Source: Takakia lepidozioides | Taxonomy: Eukaryota; Plantae; Bryophyta | Length of the DNA stretch: 64,000 nucleotides | Assembly (NCBI GenBank): GCA_030704615.1 | Contig: CM060731.1 | Coordinates: 17,794,001-17,858,000, forward strand | Direction: 5' to 3' | The notes under the pieces: generated by a model | The model's database searches: none | What the model saw: only the letters and a program-made list of their open reading frames with translations | What the model was told of the DNA's origin: nothing | Program-made: the position numbers and the translations under genes | In this document: piece after piece, positions 13,746 through 27,864 of the stretch | Position numbering within the stretch: the stretch's first letter is position 1 | Layout of the letters: every line of letters begins with the position of its first letter

Positions 13746-14233
13746 GATGAATTGTTAATTTGTTGATGAGGTCTATTCAAGTCTTGTGAAAAGATGGACT
13801 ACATTGTGTTGTGATACATGATGCAATTTTGGATTGTGAATGTTCAAGTTTTATTAAAAGATATATTACATTTTTTCCCCTTCAATAATCCCAATAAAGC
13901 TCTCAAGGGCTTCCTCCCCTTTGGTGTGAAGTGATTGGTGTAATGTGCTAAGCCATGCTCCCTAGTTTTCCCTTCCTCTTATGTTTTGCCAAAGCAAGAG
14001 AGTCTATTGCAATTTGTTTCATTTTATATTAATTTGATGTGTAATGATTCTGGCTCGTTTTGGTACAACAAGTAGATGAATTATGAATGTTGATGATATC
14101 TTTTTCATCTTATTTTCAATTGGTATTGATTTTAAATCGTTTGAATTTTGATTTAATGTCATGGTTTCATGGAAAAGCTTGGTTTTTTTTTTTTTTTAAT
14201 GCATATTTGTACCAGCACCCCCCACATTTTGCC

Positions 14234-15585
14234 GGAAGATAATAGGAATAATGTAAGAACTTAATGTACATGTGCAACCTCTGACAGGATGGTACGCCGG
14301 TTTCTGGCATGTCAAATCTTCCCCACCCTCTCTTGAGGGTGACATGGAACTGAAGGAGTGTCAACTCCAGTCGAGGTTACACTAGGTTACACGACGAGGT
14401 ATGTAACTCCACTTGGGGTTACATCGGGTTACGCGACGAGGTGTGTAACTCCACTCGGGGTTATACAGAATGGAGTGTAACTCCAGTCGGTGTAACCATA
14501 CTTGGTCTCGAAATTTGACTAAGTCCAAATGTGGCTTAAGTATAAAATGGACCAACCAGAGTTACATGAGAAATCGAGGTTACAGGGTTACACTGAGTGG
14601 AGGGTTACATCGACCGGGGTTACACCGAGTGGAGGGTTACATAAATCGGGGTTACACCGAGTGTAGGGTTACATCAACCGGGGTTTACATTGCCACAGGT
14701 GGGAGCCACTTCCACCCAATCCTCGTCAATCAACTTGGCTGCCCGGAAGTACTGCTCTAGCTCCAAGAGTCAGGTATTGAGTGCCTTCCGATTTCGGACG
14801 CCCTCAAAGGTGACGGGTTCCTTAGGCTTTACCTTAAACTTTGCCTTAGTGGAAGTAGCATTAGCCGCCTTCAACACGTCTTTCAACGTCCCGCCAAACT
14901 GCGCCAACAACCCTTCCCAAAAGGCTGCTGGCATGGGGGGATCTGTTGGTCTGTCGGAGCTCTTAGGAATTCCTCGGGCTCCGACTCCTCAGATTCCTCC
15001 CGTTCTTGAGCGGCCTTGTTTTCAAAAGCATGCATCGCTTCCTCAAATGGCCGCTTCGGTGACACGTCGCCCCCATCGGGCCCACCAGGATCATCGTCTT
15101 TCGGGCCGTTCCGCTTTCGCTTTCGCTTGCCCGACCCCATGATAAGGTCGATCCCAAGGACGATCGCATACTGAACTCTAAGCTCTGATACCAAGTGTCG
15201 CGCACCTCACTTCGGTAAGCTCCCCCTTCAAGTCATAGTTACTCGCTTTGATGTGCACTCTTAACTCCCAACTTGGCCGCCGGACCAACTCGGAGCTTCG
15301 GCTGCTCACAGGGACAATAAAGTTTGGGATGTAACTCTAAAGAAGTGTAATAAGGTTTGGGTTTACTGAACCCAGAACCTCGCCACCTCCATTGCTATCA
15401 CCTTACCATCGAGCTACCCACCACAACTTACAACCCGCTCGGACTCATGAGTATTTAATAGTGAAACCGAGATAATATGGGGTGGGGAGGATTTGACAGG
15501 AGCCCTGCTCGGAGGAGCAATCCGGCGAAAGTACTGTCAGATCACACAAGTCCATTAAGTTCTTACATTATTCCTATTATCTCCC
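14234..15585. mobile_element. Non-autonomous Mutator-like (MULE) DNA transposon
   Basis: 33-bp TIR with one mismatch (ggaagataataggaataatgtaagaacttaatg / cattaagttcttacattattcctattatctccc), degenerate out to ~110 bp. Perfect 9-bp TSD cattttgcc at 14225-14233 and 15586-15594. Confidence 0.92.
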
Positions 15586-15599
15586 CATTTTGCCTAGGT

Positions 15600-18182
15600 G
15601 TGGACAAGGTTTGAGCTTTGATAATGTCAGCATGGATCCACTTGGCCCTTTTCAGGGCCCCTAGGCTGGCACAAGCATTAAGAAGAATGATGAAGTAACC
15701 TTGTCAGCCATCACTCAGTACCTTTGCATTTGCTCATAGATTTTGAGGGCCTCTTCACCATGACCACACTAAGCACATCCTGCAACCATTGCACTCCATG
15801 ACACCACATCAGATTTCCATTTTGTCAAACACTTAACCTGCCTCTTTCACACTCCCGCATTTAGCATACATATGGACTAGGGTAGTCTCCAAATTAATAG
15901 ATGACACAATTCCAGCTTCTTTGATGTCAGCATGGATCTACTTCCCTTTTTCTAGTGCTCCTAAGCTACCACAGGCATCGAGAATGGTAATAGACGTGAC
16001 TCTGTCAAGCATCACCCTTCCAGAGCATTTGCTCATAGATTTTGAGAGCCTTTTTGCCATGTCCAAGCTGAGCATACCCTGTGATCACGGCACTCCATGA
16101 GACCACATCGTGCTTAGACATTCTGTCAAACACTTCACGCGCATCCTTCACACTCCCGCAACTGGCATACATGTGGACAAGAGCGGTGTCCAAAATATTG
16201 TCTGACTGAATTCCAGTTTTGATGATATCAGAATGGATTCCCCTGCCACTTTCCAGGGCTATTGTAGCTATCCTTCCACATATTGTTGGAGTCACATCAT
16301 GATCTTGAGTCAGGGAATGAAAGTAATGCCTGCCTTCATCCACTAGGCCAACATGGCTACATGGAGAGAGAGAACACAAATGAAGGTGATCTTGTCCAGC
16401 TTCAAGCCTTCCTTTTGCATTCCTTCAAATAGTTGCAGGGCCTCCCTATGGCAACCGTGCTGGGCATATCCTGCCATCATCACATTCCACGACACCATAT
16501 CTCGTTCAGCCATATTGTTGAACACTTCCTTTCCATCCTTGACGCTCCCGCATTTAGCATACATGTCCACAAGGGTATTGTTCAGAATCATATTTGGTAC
16601 AATTCCGCCTTTCACGATGTCAGCATGGACCTCTTTGCCCTTTTGCAGAGCTGCCAAGCTGGAACACGCATTGCAAACGCAAACAAATGTGATCTGGTGT
16701 GGTCTCACCCCTTCCCACATCATTTGCTCATAAATCTCCAAAGCCTCCATCCCGTACCCATGCTGGGCATATCCTGCCATCATTGCATTCTACGTGCAGC
16801 CATATTGTCGAACACTCCCTTTGCATCCTTGATGCTCCTGCATTTAGTGTACATGTCTAGGAGGGCAGTGTCCAGAATGACATCTGGTACAATTCCAGCT
16901 CTCATGATGTCACCATGAACCTCTTTGCCCTTTTCCAGGTCTGCCAGGCTTGCACACACATTGCACATGCACACGGACATGACGTGGTTGGGCTTCACCC
17001 CTTCGCAGATCATTTGCTCATAGGTCTCCAAAGCCTCCATCCAACAACCAAGCTGGGCGTATCCTGCGATCATCGCACTCCAGGACACCACATCCCGTTC
17101 AGCCATATGGTCAAATATTCCCACTGCATCCTTGATGCTCCCACATTTGGTATACATGTCTATGAGGGTAGTTTCCAAGATGATATTTGGTACAATTCCA
17201 GCTTTCCTGATATCACAATGGATCTCTTTACCCTTCTCTAGGGCTGTCAGATTCGCACACACACTGCAAATGCAAACAAACGTGACCTGGTTGAGTGTCC
17301 CCCCTTCCAGGATCATTTGCTCATAGGTCTCCAAAGCCTCCCTCGCACACCCATGCTGGGCATATCCTGCTATCACTGCATTCCATGTCACTATATCATC
17401 AAACACTACCTTGCATCATTGATGCTCCCGCATTGGGCATACATATCCACCAGGGCGGTGCCTAGAATGACATCTGGTATAATTCCAGCTTTCATGATGT
17501 CAGCATGGACCTCTTTTCCCTTTCCCAGGGCCGCCAGGCTTGCACACGCATTGCAAATGCAAATGAATGTGAACTGGTTGGGCTTCACCCCTTCGCACAT
17601 CATTTGCTCATATGTCTCCAAGGCATTCTTACCACATCCATGCTTGGCAAATCCTGCAATCATTATGTTCCACGAGATCAAACCTCGTTGAGGCATTTTG
17701 TCGAACACTTGGTGTGCATCCACAATGCTCTTGCATTTGACATACATGTTGACAAGGGTGTTGTGTAGAAACACATTTGGCTTGAATCCACTTTGGATAA
17801 TGTGAGCGTGCACCTCCTTTCCAGCTATTAGGTCTTTCATCTTGATGCACTTATGCAGGAGACAGACAGAAGTATCTGAATGTGCTGAAATACCTCCTTG
17901 GTTCAAAGTTTGCAGAACCTCTTTCAGTTGTCTTGCCTCACTTGGTGTCCTTTGCCCAGAAGCACAAGAAGACATCTTCTGGACTACCTCTCTTGGTCCC
18001 CTTTTGGAAGTGGTTGTCATGGTGGAAGTGCCTGATTTTATCAGCTGTGGTCCCACTCCTGCTTCCAGTTGACCATCTACCCATGCAGATTTCTTGCAGC
18101 TATAAATCCACGGCGGCTCATTGGTACTCTTGTGCTTGAGATCTGGCCCTCTCGGATGGACCTGGACCCACAACTCCATCAC
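15600..18182 (-). pseudogene. PLS-class PPR pseudogene, chimeric
   Basis: Long P-L-S array (LVDMYAKCGS / DVVSWSAMIAGYAQ) split by a stop at 17406 and by frameshifts at ~16780 and ~16360. After QDHDVTPT it switches to another PLS tract instead of the E domain. Confidence 0.9.
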
Positions 18183-18579
18183 GACCTCCAGTTATCCCTG
18201 CCTTGGCCAAAACAAAATCTCCACCTTGCTGCTGAGAGCTACAATGACAAACCATAATTTATCTAGCAAACACCCCAACTGCACCTTACCACCCACTAGT
18301 CCCTGTGTGCTGACAGACATTAGAAACGTGTCAGGCAAAGAGAATAGAAAATTTTGCAGGAAAGCTCCTCGAGCATCTTGTTGTCTGTTTTTTCGGTAAG
18401 ATAAGGGATTCACCTTTCTGCATCTAGTGTCCCACCATTGTCTTAGGTTCAAAACATATTCCTTCTAATAAAGCTGTTCCTTGTCTCTGTTTTTGGTGTT
18501 CTGATATTTGCCTGCTACCCCATTGGCAGTAACATGTGAAAAACACTTATAACCACCATCCACCCAGAGAGCTAACTTA

Positions 18580-18912
18580 CAAAAGTCTATATGACAAATT
18601 AGGTTTTGTATATGTGCACATTACCTGGGGATCATTTGCTTTGATCTCTTCTGCGCATTGACGTTCCAATGCAAGATGCCAGACATGAATAAATGGCAAC
18701 CATCAGAATCAAGGGAGAAAGACTCGGAACCGGCGTAGAGCCCACTTTCCAAAAGTCTATATGACAAATTAGGTTTTGTATCTGTGCACATTACCTGGGG
18801 ATCATTTGCTTTGATCTCTTCTGCGCATTGACGTTCCAATGCGAGATGCCAGACATGAAATAAATGATCAGAATCAAGGGAGAAAGACCTTGGAACCAGC
18901 GTGAGCCCACTT
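18580..18912. repeat. ~170-bp tandem duplication
   Basis: caaaagtctatatgacaaattagg...gagcccactt at 18580 and 18750. Confidence 0.9.
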
Positions 18913-20174
18913 CATCAGGTCTTTGGCTGCATGCAAATACGAGTTGGCTCTCTCTTTATTCAGTGGAGCAACAAATGCAGAAAGGGTGGGTATTGCCTCC
19001 AAATAGGACCGCAATAGATGCATCAGAAGAGAACTTATGGAACTGCACGTCAGGCGGACATGGAAACTAGCCACTCTAATTCTATCGGGAGACATTCTTA
19101 GTTCTCCGTGACGATAGGATCTTGCGGCCTAATTACATGTCTGCAGCCCTATCTTCCTCTCTTCTTAAGGGCATTGGGGAGGCTCAGGGTGGGCTACCAC
19201 AGTTTGCGGATAGAGACTGGTAGGTGGGAAAATCTGCAACGTTGAAGACCAACTATGCGCCGCTTGCTTTGGGAACTACAGAGACAATATGCATCTCAAT
19301 ATGCATCTCAGGGCTGAGTCTGATGAGAGGGACAAACAGGCAGAAATAGGTTGAAGAAGAAGGAGCCCTCACCACATAGCCAGGAGCCCACAGGTAATGT
19401 CGGATTGGTCTGTGAGAACCACCACGGTGCAGCTGAGCAGGCAGAGATTGAAACCTTGTAAACATCAGGAAGAATGCCAAATCATGGTACTAACAGGAGC
19501 CAGGAGCCCACATTTGCAGGATGGACAAATCCCTGCGATCATCAAGACTCTTCGCGGGGACGATCGCAAGACTCTTCATGGGGGCATCGTCATCCCTTCC
19601 CCGCGCACACCTATCCCTGTTTTTTTTCAGTTATTTTTGGGCAATCCGGGCAGATAGAAAGAAATTGACGACGTACGAAACGTGGCGACGACGATAGGTG
19701 GCTACGAAACGTGGCGACAATGACATGGCACTATGGCACCCTATTCCTGCTCTACGCTAAACTAGCTCTCGACCTTTGAATTTTGGGTGGTTCTTTTTCT
19801 TCCTACATAGTAGATTGGAAGTGTATGGTTCTGCTGGATACCACTAGGCCTACATCATCTGTTATTGGGCTTTTTCTTTTGATCTTGCAGCATAGCTTTT
19901 CACTGTGTTTATAACTGCAAGATGACACATGCAATGCATTTCAGGTGTGTTTTGCTTTGAGGCTGTGTGGAAATTATGAGGAGCCTTCCAAGCTGGAATC
20001 CACAGTGGCTGAACTTTTCCACACTACAAATTTGCTAGTTCACTAGTTCACCTCCTGCTGATTGGCTTCTCATCCTACTGGATGGTATTTCTCTTCGTAT
20101 TTGTCTCTTGGCTTGTCCTACACCATGTTGGTGTGTATGCTTTATGGCCCCACAGGGGTTTTATTTTTTCCCCA

Positions 20175-22944
20175 TCAACATATGAATCGAGACGATTTGT
20201 TTGTTTTGTTTTGTCACGTTGAGATGTCCCGAACCGCAAGGCCCCAGCCCTGGTGCTTGGTACCGTTGGAAAGCCCTCGACGAGGAGGGGTGCACGGGCT
20301 TGGTCTCATGATTTTTGGACATGTAGTGTGGGAGATGTCGATTTCTTTTGGTCGCTGAAAATTCACAAAAAATAGAAAAAATGGCAAAGTGGGCATTCTC
20401 GACGGGAGAGATATAAAGGGAAAGGTCTCTGGTTCAAATCTGGTCGTAGGCTCTCTGAAAAAAAAAAAAAAAAAAAAAAAACTTATTAGATATGGGATTG
20501 CACTTGGACTTAGATGACATTGGACACTTGGGCATGTACATGGGAGATGCACTTGGATACATGAATAGAAGATTGCACTTGGGCTTAGATTTCAATTCTT
20601 CACACATGGGCCAACGGCATAGGCTACACTAGTGGTCGCACTTGGGCCTCAACATAGGAGACCCACTTGGGTACATGAGAAATTGCACTTGGGCTTAGAT
20701 TTCAATTCTTCACACATGGACCAAGTTGACATAGGAGACGCTACTTGAATACATAGGGGATGACACTTGGACTTAGATTTCAATTCTTAGCACATGGGCC
20801 AATGGCATAGGCTACCCTAGGCCTAGATCTCCCAAACATGAGGGTCTCTAGATACATAGGGGATTGCACACTGGGCTTAGATGGGCCTTGACATAGGAGA
20901 TCCCAAAGTTGGATGCATAGGAGATTGCACTTGGGCTTAGATGACATTGGACACTTGGGTAGGCACAGGCTACCCTAGTTATCAATAAATATCGAGGGCT
21001 TCCATCCCTTTAAAATAAAAAAATCATAAATATAGAACTTTTTTTTTTCCTGTTTCTTTGGAAATGCAATGGACAGTGGACAGGTTATCCGACAATATAT
21101 GACTCCGAAGCGACTTCGTTAGTTATGTTTTATGAGTAGGGTCCACTGACTTGGTCTCATAATTTTTGGACCTGGGTTGTGGGAGATGTCGAATTTCAAG
21201 TACTTTTGGTTGTTGGAAATTTGTGGAAAATAGCAAAATGGCCTTTCCGGGGACAATGATTGGCCCGAGACTTATAGAAATATGAACAATTTTGGTCGCT
21301 GAAAATTCACCTAAATACAAAATTAAGTGTTGGAATAACATTGGAGGTCGCACTTGGGCCTCTACATGGGATACATAGGAGATTGCACTTGTACTTAGAT
21401 GGGCCTTAGGAGACGCACTTGGATACACATGAAATTGCACTTGGTCTTAGATTTCAATTCTTCACACATGGGCCAACGGCACAAGCTACCCTAGTCAATA
21501 TATAAAGCAAGGTGTTTTGTTTTGTTTTGTAGCCTCATTCATATGTCCCAAACCGCGGGGCCAGCCTTGGTGCTTGGTGCCGTTGGAAAGCCCTCCGATG
21601 AGGAGGGGTGGACCAACTTGGTCTCATACTTTTTGGACTTGTAATGTGGGCGATATGGAATTTCAAGTACTTCTGGTCAGTGGAAATTCGTGAAAAATAG
21701 CAAAGTGGTCTTTCCTGGAGCAATGATTGGCCTTTCATTTGTCTTTTGTGCACGTGGACAAATGTAAATTGGGCATTTTTAAATAATGGCGTTCACAATA
21801 TTGTTGGTAGTGTCGCCCAAACCGCAAGGCCTTTGGCCACAATTTTACTACCGTTGGAAAGCCCTTTGATGAGTAGGGGTGCACCGGCTTGGTCTCATGA
21901 TCTTGGGACCTGCGGTGTCATGGGAGATGTCAAATTTCAAGTACTTTTGGTTGCTGAAAATTCGTGAAAAATAACATTGTGGGTTTTTCTGGGACAATAA
22001 TTGGATATATCAATATATGACACCTCGATATGACACGCACTTGGATACATAGGAGATTGCACTTGGACTTACATGACATTGGACACTTGGGCCAACAGCA
22101 CAAACTACCCTAGTCAATATATGAAGCAAGTTTGTTTGTTTTGTAGCTTTGTAGCGTTGAGATCTTCCAAACCGTGGGCCCAGCCCTGGCCCTGGTGCTT
22201 GGGGCTGTTGGAAAGCCCTCGGTGAGGAGGGTGCACCAACTTGGTCTCATCATTTTTGGACCTATGGTGAGGGAGATATGGAATTTCAAGTACTTTTGGT
22301 CGTTGGATATTCGTGAAAAATAGCAAAGTGAGCTTTCCTAGAACGATGACAGGCCTTTCATTTGTCGGTCTTTTGTGCACGTGGACATAAATGTAAATTG
22401 GGCTTTTTTTAATATTGGCATTTGTAGTGAGTTGAGATCTCCCAAATGATGGAGCCTCCGGCCACGATTTTAGTACGGTTGGAAAGCCCTCCATGAGTAG
22501 GGGTGCACCCTCTTGATCACAAAATTTTGACCTAGAGGCCGAGACTTATGGAATAATAAACAATGTTGGTAGCTGAAAAATTCAACTAAATTACAAAATC
22601 AAGTGATAGAGGCCACAATTTTGGTACCATTGGAAAGCCCTCGACAAGTAGGGGTAGGGGTGCACAGACATGGTTTCAAAAAATTTGGATCTATGGGCCG
22701 AGAATTATAAAAATATGAGCAATTTTGGTCACTGAAAATTCCATTAATTACAAAATTAAATGTTGGAATGACATTGGAGGTCGCCATTGGGCCTCTACAT
22801 GGGAGACCCACTTGGAGATTGCACTTGGGCTTAGATGGGCCTTAACATATAGGAGACGTTTAACGCACTTGGATACAGGGGAAATTGCACTTGCTCTTAG
22901 ATTTCAATTCTTCACACATGGGCCAACGGCGCAGGCTACCCTAG
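20175..22944 (+). mobile_element. Tandem array of non-autonomous Helitron-like elements
   Basis: Units start TCaatatat(a/g)aagc or similar (20175 after an A; 21495; 22114). They end in CTAG (20632, 20820, 20978, 21494, 22113, 22944), usually after a hairpin tgggcc-aac-ggc(g/a)ca. The last CTAG is followed by T. No TSD. Internal ggagattgcacttgggcttagat repeats. Confidence 0.75.
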
Positions 22945-23477
22945 TATGGTTTGAAATACCAGAGGAGCTTCTTGAGGTTGGCACTAGTGCCTACAAGATA
23001 GTAGGTTGATGATTTGACCGTTGGCCTGAAAAGTATGTATTCAGTTTTGGTGATGAAGGGCCGTACTGTTCCTATTGTGCCTCACATGTTGATGGATGTA
23101 GGCCCCTTTTGCAACTGTGAGGTCCAGTGTTCAGAGGCCCACTTAGTGTAAGGAGATAATGTGACAAACAGAAAATAGCAGCAGTCTCACATGCTGATTG
23201 GTTATAAAATCCAAATTGTTCCTGTGCGCGCTTTAACTGTATGACCTCAAATGGGTGATCATATCTGAGGGATTACCTCCAAGAGACTTTCGCACAAATC
23301 ATCACCTCATGTCAAGCATTTCCAGCAATCAACTTCGTTGGTGGAATGAAAGACATCCCAGAGCCCCTTGTTCTGGAGAGGGCTCAGAGAACTGCACATG
23401 GAGGCATTGGCCTTCAACATTCCAGAGGCCTCTCCAATAACAAATGGAAACTGGCAGTGCAATCACAGCCATGTGAG

Positions 23478-26400
23478 CTAAAGCTGTGTCAGGAGGGCCT
23501 GGTCGTCCTCATCATCTTGGTGCCACCAGTTCAGAGGCATCCTTCTCTCCTCCTCTATATTTGCTTTCCACTCTCGTTGGAAGAGGGGTGTTGATAAATA
23601 ACGCTCCCCAAAACTTGGTAGCACACACTGCAAAACCCATGATTTACACTTGCTCTCAGTCTTACTGTCTGACTTGCACCACACATGGGCAGCAACACAG
23701 ATGTTCTGCACTATTACCAAAGCTTTTATCACTTCTTGAGCTTTTAATGCAAGGCTTGAAGACTACCCCACAGTAATATGCCTATGTACAAGTGAGCTTG
23801 TGTTTTAAATGGGAATGAGTAAGTTTTATGCCAGTATCCAGAACCCAGTACACACATGCCCTACCATTGATACACTGTTGAGTGTTCCATCAGGCGGAGA
23901 ACAAGCTGGACAGGGTATGTTAGTGTAACATGGAGGTAGGGAAATTCGTAACTATGACCTTGAGAAAACATCAACAAGGCCCCCCTCAGGTTGGATGACA
24001 AAAAACATCCGTTTTGCCCTCTGCCACAGTAAACGGCTTTGAAACTGCTAATGTTATTCAACTTGGGCCAAGAGCATCATGACCTTGAGAAAGTATTAAC
24101 AAGGCCCCCCTGAGGTTGGACAACAAAAAACATCCGTTTTGCCATCTGCCCACAGTAAACAGCTTTGAAGCTGCTAATGTTATTCAACTTGGGCCAAGAG
24201 CATCTAATGCCATGAAAGTGCATGACCATATTTTCTCAACATAGGAAAACAAGCACACCAGGGGCTGACATGCTTGGGCAGACTATAGCTTTTCTATCAC
24301 CTCTCACTGTAAATTAACCTCAGAGCTACACATGTTAGTATTCAAACAACTGTGACCTTACCACAATAAGTTTTCCTTTGTTCTCAGGTCTCTGACCAAT
24401 CTGAATGGCTGCATATGCTGCAGCACCGGAGGAGATGCCAACCAGTAGACCCTCCTCCTGGTGGAGCCTCCTCGCCATTCCAAATGCATCTCTGCTATGA
24501 ACCTGCTTGCTCAACCAAGATCCCAATAGTTCAAAATACTTCAGAAAGTGTCTGCCAAATTGGAAATGGAGTTTTTTCAAGGGGAAGGATGGAGGTAGAA
24601 GAAGAAAGAGAAGGAGATGAGTAAGCCCATCATAATAGACTCAAATCTTATTGGACATGATCTGCAACCAGGAAACACAGGCAACAGGGTTGCAAAAGTA
24701 GTCTCTGGTCATTCTCAAACAGGATTTCTCTTGCAGCTTTAGTTTATGCTCTGGCAGTTGCTATAGGGAACCTTCTTCACTGGACACAAACCAGAACCAG
24801 GGAGAACCGATTGCCCACAGCTCCTTGTTTTCTGAGCAAGGCGCTAAGTACATAAGGCGTACTGCTGAACAATTGACCTTTTAAGGTGCCAGACAGGTTT
24901 GCTCGGAGGGTCCAAAAGCCCTGAAATTAATTTTTTTTATCAGATATTGGTTTTCCCAAAGCTTGGTTCCTCCAAAAGCACTTGGGTGTTGGTACTTCTT
25001 AGAGACATTGGCCATCCCACAAAGTTCACTTATGACAGCAGGAACTTAACGAAGTAAAATTTTGCTTAATCGAATCCAAGGACCCAGTAAGAAGATCCCA
25101 AACCTAAAGCCAAGCACTCGCGGAAACTCCAGCAGCTCGAGGGATTAACAGCAGGTACTTGCTCCATTGGCAATATATCCAGCAACCGTCAAATATTGCC
25201 ACAAAGCCCTAATTAAGGACTTCAACAGAAGTGCTGTGCTCACCTTGACAACTTCGTCAATGACATTCAAGTTGAGAACTGCAGGGATAAAACCTGCACC
25301 AATCCCTTGTATTTGGTGGTATCCAGCTTTGCCACCTGAGTTACCCCACAAACCAGGCCAAAATAGATATGAAGTTCCCACATATTGTGAAGTTTGAAAT
25401 ATAAATAAAGTTTACTTGCTTCTATCCACTTAGAAGAGAGAGAGAAAAACCTGATAGAATTGCACTCTCAGCAGGCTCCACAGCAACAATCTGCACGTAT
25501 TTGTTCATCTGCTTCAAATACTCCCCACACCCAGAGATGGTGCCACCTGTGCCAACGCCCGCAATTAAAAAGTCCACCTAGCATACACCCCACCATGCAA
25601 AGAAGACTCTCAGCTGGAAAACCTTGTGACTCTGGTTGTTGAAAGAAGAATACAATGCATGTAAATCAGCTGCCACATATTCAATACCAATATATGGTGT
25701 TCAACCGACATTTCCATTGAGAGTGTACCACCCAGAGGATCTACCCCACCGGAGCTGTGTCATGGGGTCTGTGGGGTCCAAGAGAATGGAAGGGAGAGAT
25801 TGTACAGAAACTTATCTGGCATAGGAAACATGATGGAGAGTTTCCCCTCAAAGACAAACACAGATTGACATATGAACATGGAATACTCTTAATAGTCAAG
25901 CTGTGAGAACTGCCAGGTATACCTTGCCACAGGTGTCACGCCATATTTCTGGACCCGTCCTCTCATAGTGGACTCGGGGGTTTGCAGGATTATTGAACTG
26001 CTGGAGGCTGTAGGAATTTGGAATCTGCGTGACTAGCTCTTCTGCTTTCTGTATTGCGCCTGTCATTGCCATCTTTGCTGGTGTGAGAACCACCTGCCAC
26101 CCCAAAGCAGAATGACTAAGGGATGTGTGATTTGTACTCTCCTGCATTTTTCGGCGGGCACAAGGACTAGCACGACATGCCTTTGTAGAAAAGCACTTTC
26201 AACTAGTAATGATTCTCGCTGGTTTTCTTTGATTACATTAGCCTTCCTGCTCTACCTTTAACCCCCAAAGGACCATCAGAGTATCAGTAACAGCGCACTT
26301 GGGAGGGTGACGGTAAACCTGGTGCAAAGAGCTAACGGTTTGGGAGCTGCACATCCAGGTTAGAGAATGAGGTCTACAGTTTGCATGTACCTGATTTCTG

Positions 26401-27197
26401 TAAAAGGTAGCTCACTTGAGTGCACATTGAAGAGAGAAGGTATGGTAAAGCACCTTCGCACCGAATGCCTGAACCAGAATGCGACGCTCAACGCTCTGAT
26501 CCTCGGGCATGGTTAGGATGAGCTTGTAACCCTTAGAGGCACATACGAAAGCTAGCCCGACACCAGTGTTCCCACTCGTAGGTTCTACCAGCGTACTAAC
26601 CCCGGGCTTTATCAAGCCCTTCCTCTCTGCATCTTCCACCATGGCCAGGGCAATCCGATCCTTCACGCTCCGACAAGGCCCAAGAGCCTCCAACTTGCAG
26701 GCAATTCTCCCGCAACACCTCGATGTAACTCTGTTGAGATAAACCATGGGCGTGTTGCCGATGACAGTGAGAATGTTTTCTCGAATTCGACCATCTGTCC
26801 TAGACTCTGTCAACTCAATGCTCACGCCAGTCGCTTGCAGGCTTGAATCTCTAGACGGAACACCTGCTTTCTTACCGCTGGCTGGAGTGTTGTGCAATGA
26901 GGAGGCCTGTATAGACGAAAGAAGGCACGGGGCGCAATATCTCCAACAAATTCGAGGTCCTCGAGACGAATCTGCTTCTCCAACTAGCAACCTTAAGGGC
27001 GCTGAGCCTGCGACATAAGTATTGACATCATGAATCCCAACATAATTCACCGCCGAGCAGCAGCAATCCAGGGCATTGCATCGGAGAACGGGTGAGCTGC
27101 CAGAGCAATGGGATGACGATGCCTGAGCTGCATGATGGCCAAGACGATGATGCACGCTAGTCTGGGAGGGCAGGGGATTCAAGAATGTGCACGCCAT
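23478..27197 (-). CDS. Cysteine synthase / O-acetylserine(thiol)lyase family protein with long N-terminal extension, probably organellar
   Basis: GT-AG exons 27197-26454, 26093-25923, 25577-25451, 25335-25244, 24502-24362 and 23627-23478 join in frame. Motifs: IGNTPMV, SVKDRIA (PLP lysine), [45 protein letters not shown]. Confidence 0.95.
23954..24204. repeat. ~125-bp tandem duplication in the last cysteine synthase intron
   Basis: atgaccttgagaaa...gggccaagagcatc occurs twice. Confidence 0.9.
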
Positions 27198-27723
27198 TCA
27201 AAAACAAAATGCAATCTTGCGATCATAGACAAATTGTAACTAGTCAGAATGGAGGAAGCAATAATTGAGCTGTCTCAGACTGTCTCAGATCTCCCTCAGA
27301 CTGCACCTACGAGGTGGACTGCAGAGCCAGAAAGAGTCAGACAGTGCCACCAACGTAGCGTGGTGGGAACATCTGAGCTAGAAGGGTTTTTGTAGACGAG
27401 GTTTATTGGCCCACAGTGTCAGAGACCCTGCATCGTTGGCAGCAAATTTTAGCTTCGTTTATGTCTAAGAGACTCAGCAGTTGATGGGTCCGGTCAATGT
27501 AGGCAATCCCACGGGGAGTGAGCATAGCTGAAAGTCCAACAGGGAATGAAGGCTGCAACTTGCTCAGCTGAAGTTGTAAATAGCCTGTAGGTGGCTTCAG
27601 GAGGAATTCTGGCTGCCCAAGTTCACTTCCTGGCACAGATCTGGGGAATGAAGCACTATGGGTTACCCTTTACACCAGAATGGTTGATTTGATGCCAGAG
27701 ACATGGAAGGGTGTGGATGGATT

Positions 27724-27864
27724 TCTAACCAACTGGACTCTGGTATTAGTCCAACTTTCCTTCCAGCTTCAAAGCCCAGAGGTGCTAGCAAACATGGAAG
27801 GGGCCGAATGGACTCTAACCAACTGGACTTTCGTATTAGTCCAACTTTTCTTCCAGCTTCAAAG
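27724..27864. repeat. 51-bp direct repeat, period 90
   Basis: tctaaccaactggact....tattagtccaacttt.cttccagcttcaaag occurs twice. Confidence 0.85.
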
